Below are positions 13,661 to 26,301 of a stretch of 64,000 nucleotides of DNA, piece after piece. The translations under genes were made by a program, and so were the position numbers. Positions within the stretch are counted from its first letter, which is position 1. Every line of letters begins with the position of its first letter. Origin of the DNA: Callorhinchus milii (Eukaryota); NCBI RefSeq assembly GCF_018977255.1, contig NW_024704743.1, positions 4,652,001-4,716,000 of the forward strand, written 5' to 3'. The notes beneath the pieces are model-generated. The model made no database searches. It saw only the letters and a program-made list of their open reading frames with translations, and was not told the DNA's origin.

Positions 13661-14404
13661 ACATTTCTTTTGTTCCAAGGCAATGTCTGAAAAGCAATGG
13701 GAGTTTCTCCCGGTGTGCTGGCCAATATTTCCCCCAGACAGAATTGGTCATTCATTTCATGGCTGGCTGTGCGTGCAAAATTATTTGCTGCATCGATGCA
13801 TTTTACAGTAAATCCGGTGAAGCACTTTGATACTTCCCCATGACATGAAATATCAAATGTTGGTATTGCTGTTACTGAGACAAAGTGGCTGAGTGCTTCT
13901 AGAGCCAACAATGCTGCCTGCTTTTATATTGAAGATGGGCGTTATCAGCTCTCTCTCTCTCTCTCTCTCTACTTGCATCAGTCGATGTTTATCCAGCAGT
14001 TGCAACACATTTTAGGCTGTAGCGAGTTGTAATAAATCTGAATTTCATCAACTGAAAATATCTTTTTTCATTACGGCGTATTATTCATGATAGATTTTGA
14101 GGGCCATTTGCAGTTTTTAATTGGATTGTATGAAATACCGTGAGGATTGCTGAGTGAAAAGCCAATATCACCTGCAAACATTCTCGTTTAAAGGGGTTGC
14201 ATGGCTGATTTTTATAATTGTTTAGCGTTCGAATGAATGACCAAAATACCTGTCAATTTTCTTTTGAGAACCGGTGGGGTGTGTGTGTGTGTGTGTGGTT
14301 TAATCCGAAATGTGATTAAGAGGTTTTAACGTTGTAACCATTCTCAATGTAATGCCGATTCCCAGTCTCGATCCCCACTTCTCCCGCCCCGCGTTATGCT
14401 ATGG

Positions 14405-14705
14405 TGGAGTTCTGTAGCGTATTGGTTAGAGCACTCGCCTCGCAAGCGATAGGACCCGGGTTCGATTCCCGGCCAGGGAGAAACCTTGGGCAAGTTTCTT
14501 TACTCCGCACGCACGCCTCTGTTTACCTAGCGGTAAGTAGCAACCTGGTTGCTTGTCGATTGTCAGATAATAACCCCATCAAAAACTAATAAATAATAAT
14601 TGCGTCACTCAATCTACTAGCGTTTGTAGGACGCAGCTTTGCGCAATGGGCTGCCGCGTTTCGCCCACGAAACACGCAGTCAATTCACTTTGCGGTGTAT
14701 TCTGG
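14405..14705 (+). mobile_element. tRNA-Ala-derived SINE, long subtype, 3'-truncated
   Basis: ggagttctgtagcgtattggttagagcactcgcctcgcaagcg...gggttcgattccc head followed by the middle module. Confidence 0.9.
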
Positions 14706-17644
14706 CAATGGCAAGCTGATGCTAACTTGATTAGCGTTTTGTGTTTAATAAGGAAATATTAATAGGATATACTGTATTCGCTCTGTTTTTAAACCAGTTA
14801 GGTGTCGGCACATTTATGTTTCTTAGAAATAACTAGACATTTGCAGTCTATGGACCTGTGGGGCATTGTGAACATGTGAAGAGGCTTCCTACAGTGACAT
14901 CTCCACGTGAGCTGCTACAGGCAATCCACTGCACAGAACTGTGAGCAACAGCTCTCAGTCTAATCCCAGACACCAGGGATTGTCTGTCTGCCAACGGTGA
15001 CTTTCTTGCATCCAAGCGGAGAAAGCTACAGAGTGTAGGAGTAACCGGATACTTGACCCACTTAGATAGCATTGATCTTTCCCGTTGAAAAATGGCCATT
15101 TATTTCTGGCGGGCCGAAAAATTGCTTCATCATCTGCGGCGAAATGTCGTTGTGCGACTGGAATGAACGTAGCACAGCCCAGTGCCCCCCGGATCAAATT
15201 GTCACAGAGAGGTGGATACTGAGGCTGGCTACGCAGTGACTTGCAGTGATGGTGTTGTTGCGTTTAGATGCCTATTTTCAAGCCGTTCTCTCCCCACTCA
15301 CCATCCTCCGATTCGTTCACCAACCCGTCCAGCTCGGCTTAAACCCCCCCCCACCCCCCCACCGTTGACCGCACTTTCGCTCATTTTTTTCTCCCTCCTC
15401 GCCCTCTTCAGCTCCCCACCCTCTTCAGCAGTCTCCCTGAAGTGAAAGGCGTTATATAACTGCAAATTTGATTGTATTGTTTGATTTTGTGATAATAGTA
15501 ATAACAATCCGTGCGTTTGATATAGCGCCTTATCACGTCTTCGAGACGTCTCAAAGCGCTTCCCAGGATATACTGCAAAGTGAATTGACTATGTTTTGTG
15601 GCTGAAAAGCGGCAGCCAATTGCACACAGCAGCGTCCCCACAAACAGTCGTGGATTGAGTGACCGAGATTTTTTGTTGTTTTTTTTAGGAATTATTTTGT
15701 TCTCATTGACTCGTTCCTTCCCCTCCGTGCCCTGCCCTCCTCCGATGGCAGTATTGCCGTTGGCTAGAAGGAGGAGGAGTTGGTTTCTGTCTCCGTCTAC
15801 TCCCTCTTCTCCTCGCTTGTTCCCTCCCCGCAATGATATTAATAATAATAATAATAACAACAATAATAATTTGCCTCTCACAGAACAAACCTGAAGCTAT
15901 AAACATTTTTTCTCACATGAGGGAAAGGTTCTTGTCATCATGACTCTATTGGTAAAGGCCATCAATCCACACACCAAATAAAAGTTATCAGTGTCTGTTC
16001 GATCTCAAGTGAGAACCTTCTGATTAAAGGTTGAACATGTGAAATGTCCCCAGGCTCAAACCACCACAAAGCGAGTGGGTGTGTGTGTGTGTGTGTGTGT
16101 TCCCCAGACTCTAACATTTACCCCATAAATACAGGAGCATCATTACAAAGCGCCTCACAACAAATAATTGCTTAGAAGTGAGAGTCAATCGCATACAATG
16201 AGACGTGCTTGGCTTGCTCACCGCATTATCTTTAGCTAGAATGAGGGGGCAAGCAGTTTAGTCTGCGGACACTTCCTCTTTGATGCTGAATCTTGGTCAA
16301 GCCGGAGGGAGGGAAGGGAAGGAAAGCTTTCAAAATGTGGGAGAGGAGTTTAAGGTCATTTTCTTGACTCTTCGCCCCCCCCCAACTCCCCCGTTCTCCT
16401 CCCCATAGATCCAGAATTAGTTGGTTGAAATAAGCTGTCTCGAGTGAGAGCCAAGTGTATTCTCCATCTAGACGTCAAGTTTGCAGGGTTGTGGGGAGAG
16501 AGCGGGGGAGTGGGATTGAATTGGATAGCTCTTTTCAAAGAGCCAGTACAGACACGATGGACCAAATGGCCTCCTTCTGTGCTGTATAATTCTATGATTC
16601 TATGATAGATTGCCTCGTGCTTCTGTACGGTCACTTACTACAAAGCTGAGCCAACAATTACACACTGAGGGAAATATCTGCAATGTTTCTGAACGAAACA
16701 GTCCAGATTGTGCAGGTACTGTGGTAGGTTAAAAACTAAAATTCCTATCAAATATTTAACTCCTGGCGCTCTGGGGTTTGTTTCATCTTTGAAAATTCTC
16801 GTGAAGTGAAGTGTGGTTCCCGGTCAATCAACAACAACGACAGCAAGAAAATTACATTTGCAAAGCGCCTTTCACATCTGGACAAAACATGAATCATCCT
16901 ACCATTTGGTGTATAGTAGCTCCTTTCAAGGCAGACACACATTGATGAAAACAAAGACATTAGGGTGTGTGTAGGATACTTCTGATATTGTATTGAACCA
17001 TTTGAAACCACATATGTTATCCGTAAGCTGCTCAAATCAGCTTCTTGCTCTTTGTTGAAATTACGAAAAGGTTTAGGTGGTTTACCGTTCAATAATTCCT
17101 TTAACAATTAAAAAAAGACCTTGCCTTCGATGTAGCTCCTTTCACTTAGGGAAGGCATTTCGAAACGCTTCACAGGATATACTGTAAAGTACAGTGACTG
17201 CCTATTTCGTAGCAGCCAATTTGCACGCAGCGATGTCCCACAAACAGCCTTGAAGTGAATGGTGAATTTTATCCGGGTGGGGGGAGAGTTGGGCAGGAAA
17301 CCGCCTTCTCTTTTTTTCAATAGTCCACCTGAGCAAGTAGAAGGAACCTGAGTTTGGGATGTCCTCCCGATGTGAAAGGCGCTATACAAACGTAATTTTG
17401 TCGTTAATTAATGTTGTTGTTAACCTCAGTTGAGCTATGTTACTGGGGGAAAAAAATATTTGGGGATTCCTGCCATGGATTTCCATGTGGGTTCCATATG
17501 GAAATTAATTTCTCTTAAGGTTGGATGCAAATAATTTATAACTGTCAATCCTACATAGCCCTGTGTTGACAGAAGCCTGACTGCTGAGAGTGACTGTGGA
17601 TACATTTTGCAAACAAAGACTACCCCAGAGAACGGAAGCATTTC

Positions 17645-18020
17645 CCTGCTTAACCCTAACGGGTAGATTGGTACTAGCTGAACAAGTAGCTCATTCAGAC
17701 AGCGCTTTAAGTAAGCTGTGTGGGTTTAACTGGTTAAACCCCAACGCACACTCTAGGCTAATGTCAAACTGCGCCTAATACTCTCTGGAACACGATTCCT
17801 GGGTGAAAGTGGAGGCCAGTTTGCAAACAGCAATGTCCTCAATACAGCCATGATGTGAATGAGCAATTTTATTGGAGGGATTGTTGGCCAGAATACCAGG
17901 AGAAAGTCTACGTCCGGAATTTCCACCTGTAGGTGGGATGCACGGAACTCTGTTTGGTTTGGTTACTCTTAAGCGTGGTGATTGGGTTTCTACATGTGTC
18001 AGACACCCGGCCGACCCCAA
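17645..18020 (+). mobile_element. Unclassified dispersed repeat, copy C (two pieces, 17645-17790 and 17910-18020, interleaved with a minus-strand Deu-SINE)
   Basis: Blocks collinear with copies B and E. Confidence 0.7.
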
Positions 18021-19084
18021 AAAACTCAAAATAGTGGGATCTTTAATGTCCACTTGAACAGGCAGACGGGATCTTGGCTTAAGGTCTCATCTTATCTCAA
18101 GGATGTACCTCCAATACTAGAGCACTCTCCCAGCACTGCATTGGAGTGCGATCTTAGACTATGTGAGTTCAAAGCCCCGACATGGGGCTTGAACCCATAA
18201 CCTTACGACTTGGAGGCGAGAAGGTTTTAAAGGCAAAGAGAGCAAAGAGAGCAGAGGCAACGCAAATCGATTTAGGAAGAGAGTTCCGAAGGATAGGGAC
18301 ACATGGTGGCTGAGGGTTTGGTCGAGCTGACAGTGAGTTGGAAGAGGTGCAGAGTGGACAGTAGAGCTCTCTACCCGCTCTCTGGAACTCTGACTCCCTC
18401 CCACCCTCCCTCCCCACATTGAAAGTCCACCAAGGCATACCTCTTTGATCGCACCCTTGCTTATCTTTCCCCTCCACCTCCCTCTTCAGCTCCCATCTTA
18501 CCAACACCAGCCGATGGCAAGACAGCAGCGTGAAGCTCTTTGAGCCGTCTTCCCGACATAAAACTGTATTGTAAAGAGCAGAGCCGGAAGAAGGAAGGGT
18601 ACAGGCGAGAGAATTGAAGGCAGGGAGAGATGACGTTGGTGGGAAGAAGGCGAGGAAATTGAAGCGGAGGAGGGGAGGGGAAATTGAAAGAGATCCGAGA
18701 GGGAGTTATTCGGCGTTGGATAATCTTGCTCAAGACTATGAGCAATGACTATCGAGTGTTCGGAGTCGACACCCTGTTTGAGGAGACCTATATAAATGCA
18801 AGTTGCTGTCAAGCCATCGTTGCTCGTTTTGTTTTTTAACGTGTTGCGTCCAGCCGTTACGTATTTTTAATGGAATTACTCGAGTAATTATGTGGAAATC
18901 ATCAGACTTCTTGGGTAATTGGTTTTGACAGCCCTTACAAAGTTCTGGCTGCCTCGTAAAATTTGTTGCGTGACCGCTGGGCTTACTGAAATGATAGTGC
19001 CGTGATGTTGAGGAAAGCTATCGGTGACCAGAAAGCCGCCAGTTCCTCTCTGAATCAATTGTGGCAGTTTTTCCTTGGCATTAC

Positions 19085-19275
19085 AATAATAATAATAATC
19101 CTTGCATTTGATATAGCGCCTTATCAAGTCTTCGAGGCGTCTCAAAGCGCTTCACAGAATACACTGTAAAGTGAATTGACTGCATATTTTGCGGGCGAAA
19201 CGCAGCAGCCAATTGCGCACAGCAGCGTCCCACGAACAGTCGTGGATTGAGTGACCGAGTTATTATTATTATTAT
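19085..19275 (-). mobile_element. tRNA-Ala SINE 3' half
   Basis: aataataatccttgcatttgatatagcgcc...ggattgagtgacc. Confidence 0.9.
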
Positions 19276-19638
19276 TATTGATTCATAATTATTATTCAAG
19301 ATCACACTGAATTGTGGAAAATTTTTAAATTCCTTAGCCATTTTTGTAGAAACTGTGGAAAAGCAGCTTCCAAACCAAGACCGAATCAAAGACTATTCCA
19401 CCTTTCCACTTTCAAGACCATGGTTTCACGAGGTGGGATTTCAGGCCTCATATTTTAAAGGCCAGAGAGTAGATTAAGATTTTTAAGGGTGTGTGACTCC
19501 TTTAAACCACTCCCAGTTCCCCTCCATGGCGGAGTGGAGAATCGCTGTTCGGGCAGCTGGTGCGATGGAGAGGTAACAGGTCTCAGAGGCCTCCATGATG
19601 ACTTCACTAAAGCCACTTTTGTTTTGCTTGTTTAACAG

Positions 19639-19710
19639 GGGACATCACACAGAAAGGATACGAAAAGAAGAAGTCAAAACTGCTCGGAGCTTACCTACCA
19701 CAACCTCCAG
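19639..19710 (+). CDS. DIP2C: DIP2C coding exon (exon 2 equivalent), 72 nt, part of the DMAP1-binding domain: (G)DITQKGYEKKKSKLLGAYLPQPP
   Basis: Acceptor tttaacag|GG, donor CCAG|gtatgt; phase 1 at both ends; recognisable DIP2 motif GDITQKGYEKK. Not reported in this frame by the ORF track. Confidence 0.96.
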
Positions 19711-19765
19711 GTATGTCGAGCTAGCTGCCTGCCTGCCTGCCTGTTGTCTGTCTGATAGTATGTTT

Positions 19766-20158
19766 GGAGTCCTGTAGCTCAGTGGTTAGAGCACTCACCT
19801 CGCAAGCGAGAGACCTGGGTTTGATTCCTGGCAGCGTGAAATGTTGGGCAAGTTTCCTTGCTCCACACGCCTCTGTTCACTGTTCATCTAGCGGTAAGTA
19901 AGAACCCAGTTGTTAGTCGATTGGCAGATCGCTTTTCCGGGGGGGTTAATAGTTCCTTCAAAAATTAAAAAATAATAAATAAATTGGTCACTTCAATCCA
20001 CGACTGTTTGTGGGACGCTGCTGTGCGCAATTGACTGCCAAGTTTCGCCCACAAACTATCCAGTCAATTCACTGTACAGTATATCCCGTGAAGCGCTTTG
20101 AGACGTCTCGAAGACGGGATAAGGTGCTACATCACATGCAAGGATTATTAGTATTATT
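19766..20158 (+). mobile_element. tRNA-Ala-derived SINE, long subtype, full length, about 55 nt downstream of exon 2
   Basis: ggagtcctgtagctcagtggttagagcactcacctcgcaagcgag through gcaaggattatta. Confidence 0.93.
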
Positions 20159-21744
20159 GTCTCAAAGAGCTTCACAGAATACGTTGTCAAGTGGATTGAC
20201 TGTGTATTTTGTGGGCGAAACGCGGGAGCCAATTGTGCACAGTCATGTCTCGCAAACAGTCATGGATTCAGTGACCAAATTGACATGTTGGCACTGTACA
20301 CTCACCTTCGGGCTTTGAACTCACATAGTCTAGACTCGCTCTTTAATGCAGTCCTGGTGTTGCATGGTTGGAGATGGTATCCTGAGGATGAAATATTAAA
20401 CCAAGGTCCCACCCGTGTCTGTTCAGGTGGAAGGTGAAGATCCCGTGACACTATTCAGAAAGAGAAGGGAATTTCTCTCTCATTGTGTTCCTGGCCATCA
20501 GTTCCCCCAGATAAAATTGGTCATTTACCTCATGGTTGTCCGTGGGACATTGCTCCGTGGAAATTGGCCATCTTGTCCACCTATAAAATAGCCACTACAC
20601 TTGTATGCAGCACATCCAGAGAAGTGTTTTCAGACGTCCTCCTAATATGAAAAGCGCTGTACCAAAATGGATTATTATTAAAAGCTGAGAATGTTGAATG
20701 GTGAAGTTCCAGTTTATCTAATATCTAAACACTGTACTTGTTTGGTTGGAGACAAAGTCATCAACATTTCATTCGGGAGGATTAAATTTCTGTAAACAAT
20801 TTCAAGCTTGTCTGGGTGAGGTGACATGTGGGATCACCCAATAATTTGTAGACTTTTTAATCAAAATTCTTCCATTAGCTCCCCGTTAGCTCAGAGAACT
20901 GTTTGTTCTTTCTGATACCTGATCGTTGAGTTCTGGGCTGTCTTTTACAATGCAATACAAAATTACGTTCACGTAGAGCCTTGCGCAAAATCATTTAATC
21001 TTTTAAATGAAAATGTTGTCACTTCAATCCACGACTGTTTGTGGGACGCCTCTGTGCGCAATTGGCTGCCGCGTTTCGCCCACAAAATATACGGTCAAAT
21101 TCACTTTGCAGTATGTTCTGTGAAGCGCTTTGAGACGTCTCAAAGACGTGATCAGGCGCTGTATCAAATGCGAGGATAATTATAGAGTATTATTCACTCC
21201 GGGAGGATGTCCGAGGATGTCAGCTTAACCATCCTGGCACATGAGCTGGTGTTGAAAGCCGAGGGGGCCTGGGGAGAGCTTTTACCGGTTTCATAGTATT
21301 CCCTTTAGATTTTTTGCAAGTTTTTAAACTTTTAAAGGGGGACAATCTATTTCGACGGCTGCTGTTGGAGGTTCACACTAGTCTCTGAAGCAACGATGGC
21401 GCAGAGACCCTTTATCCGCTGTGGGGAACAGACCCACAAACAATGTCTTCAGTGAACATGCTGACCTTTGCTCTTTGGGCTTGAGTTAGCTAACTCTGAT
21501 GGGCAGAAGCAAAGAGCAAGATCAGCAATCTGGGCACAAAATGTAAGCATTGAATTAGGCAATTCATCATTCTGCGTTTAAAGGCAAGTTTGGAGATACG
21601 TTATCTCTCAGTTTGGGTTTCAGTTTAGCTTGCCCTGTGAATGCGCAAAACACAGTCACTGCACTTTAGAGTATATCCGATGAAGCGCTTTGGGACGTCC
21701 TCCCGGCTTGAAAGGCGCTCTACCAAATGTAAAGGTTATTATCA

Positions 21745-22135
21745 GTGTCAGCCTGGTTCAGTGTCACTGTCGCCTCTGAGTCAGAAGGTTGTGGGTTCAC
21801 GCCCCATGTTGGCTGGACTGTAGATGTTGGCTCTCGTTCCTTTGGATGAGACATTAAACTGAGGCCCTGTCTGCCTGCTCACGTGGACATTAAAGATCCC
21901 TTGGCCTTATTCGAAGAGAGAAGGGAGTTTCTCCCGGTTTCCTGGTCAACAATCCCCCGAATAAAATTGGTCACTCGCTCCATGGCTATTTGTGGGACAC
22001 TGCTGTGCGTAATTGGCTGCCGCGTTTCGCCCACAAGATACACAGTCAAAACCACTTTACCGTATTTCCTGTGAAGGATTTTGAGACGTCTCAGCGATGT
22101 GATAAAGCACTATATCAAAGGCAGGGATTATTATC
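21745..22135 (+). mobile_element. Deu-domain SINE
   Basis: Head gtcagcctggttcagtg...ctctgagtcagaaggttgtgggttc, Deu core, tail ggattattat. Confidence 0.85.
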
Positions 22136-23099
22136 ATTTTTTACGACAGGAATTTCCCAGCGGATAGATGGAATTCCGGAACACTACGGTTTTTGTTTAG
22201 CGCCCCTCGTGGGTGAATGGGAAACGTTCCTCAGGACATGACGGGCAGTTAAAGGGTTAACAAAGTTCGAGAGACGCGCCGAAAAATAAACCAAAGGATG
22301 TTGAACCAAACGACCCTCGAGCCCAAAGGAATCTTCCGTTCCAACAGCAATAAACCTTTATTGTACTTCGCCGAGTGCGAGGCTCTGGATCGCCCGAAAT
22401 ATTTGTGCGCAGAGAAAGTTAATTGTTTAAAGGGAGAAAAGCTAATAAACCAAGTTTATATTTACAGTGGTTTGGGGGGGAGGGAGGGTGCGGGGGGGCA
22501 GAATTCACCCTTCATTGGTAAATGGCAGAAATTCACCCTGAATTTGTAAAGGGGGAATTTACCCCATACTGCTTAGAGCGGAAATTCCCTCTTAATTTCT
22601 ATAGGGGAAATTTCTTCCGAATCTTCCGAGAGGAATTAACCCTTCATCTTTACAGGGGTCAGACAGCACAGTGCGCAGGGAACAGGATAGCGCAAATCAC
22701 AGGGTGTTTTGCCATTGAGTTCACCCGAGGTTCATGTTAGGTGTTACTGGAGACAGAACAACAAATGTCGACTGGATATTTTCCCACAGAGAGCACAATC
22801 TGGACTGCTCTTACATCCTAGTGGGATGGGTAGAGAAAATGGTCCTTGCATTTGGACGTAGTGCCTTATACCCCTGGAACTCCCGGCCTTAATCCTCCCG
22901 CCTTGTCCCCTTTTTGGCCATCTTCAGATCACACCTTGAAAGATCTTATAAGAACATAAGAACTTGCTCGGCGAAAGAAGACCAAGGTCCATCTAGTTCG
23001 CTTTTCACCATCCTGGCAGTCGCTTGATATGTCGTGTCCCAAACTGTACACTGTTTCCCGAGGGAGCCTGTTCCATACGTTTACTATCTTCCTCTTCAA

Positions 23100-23637
23100 C
23101 CGTGCCTATGGTCCAACCTCCACAAGCTGCAGCTCATTCAGAACTCTGCCGCTCGTGTCCTCTCCTGCACCAGGCTCTGTGACCTTATCACCTCCACCCT
23201 CGCCCGGCTCCAATGGCTCCCCATTTCCCAGAGGATAGAGTTCAAAATCCTCGCCTTCAAAGCCCTCCACAGCCTTGTCCCTCCCTACTTCTATGACCTT
23301 CTAATTCCATAAAGACCTGTCCCCTCCCCACGCTCAGCGAGCTCCGGCCTGCTACATGTCCCTCGACCATCAGTGATCGGGCCTTCAACCTCTCTGCCCC
23401 CATCCTTTGGAACTCCATCCCACAGTCCCTTCGCCTCACTCCCTCTCTTGCCTCCTTCAAGGTCCATCTCAAGACCCTCCTCTTCGATTACACCTTCAGT
23501 CACCCTCCTACCCTCACCCTCCCTGCCCTCCGCCCCTCCTAATCCCAACCCCCAGCTCGGGTCCAAAATGCCTGACTGTCGACTGCTTGGCACATCCTCC
23601 CGACGTGAAATGCTGTAGAAATGTAATTTGTTGTTAT
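23100..23637 (+). mobile_element. L2 (LINE2) 3' fragment
   Basis: Encodes LHKLQLIQNSAARVLSCTR...ITSTLARLQWLPISQRIEFKIL, the typical L2 ORF2 C-terminus; ends in a stem-loop plus (TTG)n. Confidence 0.9.
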
Positions 23638-24424
23638 GGTCACCTCCTCTTTCTCCCTGGCTCGGCGTTAGAACTCTGCCAATATTAAGCTTTCCGAGAT
23701 GCTATCCTACGTGAAGGGCACCGTATAAAATCAAGGGTAAAAAGTTCATTTACCTTGCACGTTAACTAATTGCAAGGTAAGATTTAGTGTTTCAAGAGCT
23801 CTGAGACCCTGCTCTGCGTGGAAGGCGCTATATTAGTTGTTGTTGTTGTTGTTGTTGTGTCAGTAGGGTAAGAGTTAATGTCTGGAGAAGAAAATCAACT
23901 GAACAGCAGATAGGTTGAGTAGATTGTAGTTGAGAGCTTTGATCGGAATTGGTATTTCTGTGAAAGTGCAAGCATGCTTTGTTGACAGATTCAAATCTTT
24001 TTAAGAAGCATTGTGGTCGGAGCCGTAGCTGACAAATATAGAATGGAATTATTATGCACTCTGTGTCAGAGGAACAAAACAGATTAATGTTCTGCTTGAT
24101 ACAAGCGGGTCTGCTATCTCCTTTTCTTTTATTCAGGGATCAATACCTTCCTGACATTTCAAAGAAAAGGCCTGGGAGAGCAATTACTTGAGTTGAGTGA
24201 AATACATAAAACAAATCCGAAGGGTTTCAGTAAAGACATCCAGGTCTTTATTGTGCCTCTCTGTTGACTTTTTCTCAGACGTAAAGTGCAACGTTAACCG
24301 ACCATGGCCTGCAACATTGGATGTTGCATTGTATTAAAAAAAATGTGATAAATCCAATTGACTTATGAGGCAACCCCTTTCAGATCTCTGAAGGGTATTT
24401 GTGATTTTATTTTCTCCCCAAATG

Positions 24425-24840
24425 TGGAGAGTCTAGAGAAGCTGGGATTGTTCTCCTTGGAGCAGAGAAGGTTATGGGGAGATTTAATAGAGGTGCTCAA
24501 AATTATGAGGAGTTTCAGATAGAGCAGATAGTGAGAAACTGTTTCCTCTGGCGGATTTGGTCGGTAACCAGAGGACATAGATTTCAGATAATTGGCAAAA
24601 GAACCAGAGGGGAGACGAGGAGACTTCTTTATTTTACGCAGCGAGTTGTTACAATCCGAATGCACTGCCTGAAAGGGTGGTGGAAGCAGATTCAATAATA
24701 ACTTTCAAAAGGGAATTGGATAGATACGTGAGCAGAAACAAATTGCAAGGCTTATGGGGAAAGCGTGTGGGAGTGGGACTAATTGGATAGCTCTTTCAAA
24801 GAGCCAGAATGGGCACGATGGGCCGAATGGTCTCCTTCAC
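24425..24840 (+). mobile_element. CR1-type LINE 3' fragment
   Basis: Encodes LEKLGLFSLEQRRL.GDLIEVLKIMR...VTRGHRFQIIGKRTRG...FTQRVV; 3' UTR gcacgatgggccgaatgg. Confidence 0.9.
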
Positions 24841-25115
24841 CTTCTCCTATACAAAGTGAAATGGTTGTGGACACAGAAGTAGTCTCCGCTTTGCCTGAAA
24901 ATCCTGACAAATTATCCCAGTTTTTCACTCGGGTCCTTCGCCGAGCCTTGAGCTACCAACTCCTAACCGCTGGAACTCCCTCCGTCTCGCCCTCCCCCAT
25001 CCCCCTTTAAATTCCACCTAAAAACTTAGCTCTTCAACTGGGTTTACAGTCATCTCCTCCACCTCCCTCCGACTCTGTCCTTTGTGAAGCTCTCCAAGAC
25101 GTTACCCTAGTGTGA

Positions 25116-25468
25116 ATAATAATAATAATAATCCTTGCATTTCAAATAGCGCCTCATCACTTCGTTGAGACGTCCTCAGGCGCTTCACAGAATATACTGT
25201 CAAGTGAATTGACTGTATATTTTGTGGGCGAAACGCAGTAGGCAATTGCGCACAGCAGCGTCCCTCAAACAGTTGTTGGATTGAGTGACAAAATTATTAT
25301 TTTGTATTTACAGGTACAATATTTATTCTTTGAAGGGATTATTACCCCGTAAAGCAAGCCACTAATTGACTAACAGCTTATTGTTAGGTAAACAAAGGCG
25401 TGTGGAGTAAAGAAACTTGCCTAAGGTTTCGCCCTGCCCCGGCCGGGAATCGAACCCGGGTCCTCTCC
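25116..25468 (-). mobile_element. tRNA-Ala SINE, long subtype, head partly lost, about 75 nt upstream of exon 3
   Basis: (AAT)n tail through gggaatcgaacccgggtcctctc. Confidence 0.88.
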
Positions 25469-25543
25469 TGAAGGTTGCTGTAGAAGTTGCGAGCTGTTGT
25501 TAATTCCTGAAAAAGTGACTTGTAATGTCTCTCTCTGCCACAG

Positions 25544-25654
25544 GAGTGGAGCCCTCACTGCCACAAGAACGTCGCACTCCAGTTACGCCTTCATCATCCT
25601 CCAGATACCATCGGCGTCGGTCTTCAGGGTCACGCGATGAGCGTTACAGATCAG
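25544..25654 (+). CDS. DIP2C: DIP2C coding exon (exon 3 equivalent), 111 nt: (G)VEPSLPQERRTPVTPSSSSRYHRRRSSGSRDERYRS
   Basis: Acceptor ctctctgccacag|GA, donor TCAG|gtaact; within ORF 25525..25716. Confidence 0.97.
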
Positions 25655-26301
25655 GTAACTCCTTAAACCCATTCCTCTACATGACTCCAACTCGCCCTTT
25701 GGAACGCTATCCCTGAATCCCTCTGCCTGGCCCCCTCTCGCCTCCTTCAAGGCCTATCTGAAGACCTTCCTCTTTGACTATACCTTTGGCCACACTTCCA
25801 CCCCGTATTCCGCAACCCCTATCCCCCACCCCTCTTGATTTTACCCCCCCATCTTGGGTGCAAACCCTTCACTGTCCAGCGCCTTGGGATGTCCTTCCGA
25901 CACGAAAGGCGCTATAGAAATATAATCTCTTGTTGTTGTTCTTTCGTTGTTCTGTGGTTTGGCTTTGCCACCTGCTTCCTCTCCTCAGCTATACTCTTGA
26001 CGGTGGGTAACTGGTGTAGAATCAGCAGAACATTATGAAACAAAGGGAACTAATTCCCTGCAAACTCGCACCTCGTTCATGAAAAGGATGTAGATCACAA
26101 AACCAAGGGAACTGAGTAGAGGCACAGAGCAAATGGATAGGTTGGCTAGCCAAAGCACTGACTTGGCTGCTCAGGTGTTGCCTTCCCTGTAACCCACTCG
26201 ATCTCTCACCCAAAGGGCTTCCTCTAACGTGTAAGCTTTCCAGGTACTCGGAAGCTGGGGCGGGGTGGGAGGATTAAATAAAAGAAGGGAATTGCGTCCG
26301 C

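Noticed and set aside
1..19638. DIP2C first coding exon (MADR...LELELSE) or promoter
   Set aside because: No such peptide or clear CpG island found; this stretch reads as intron 1.
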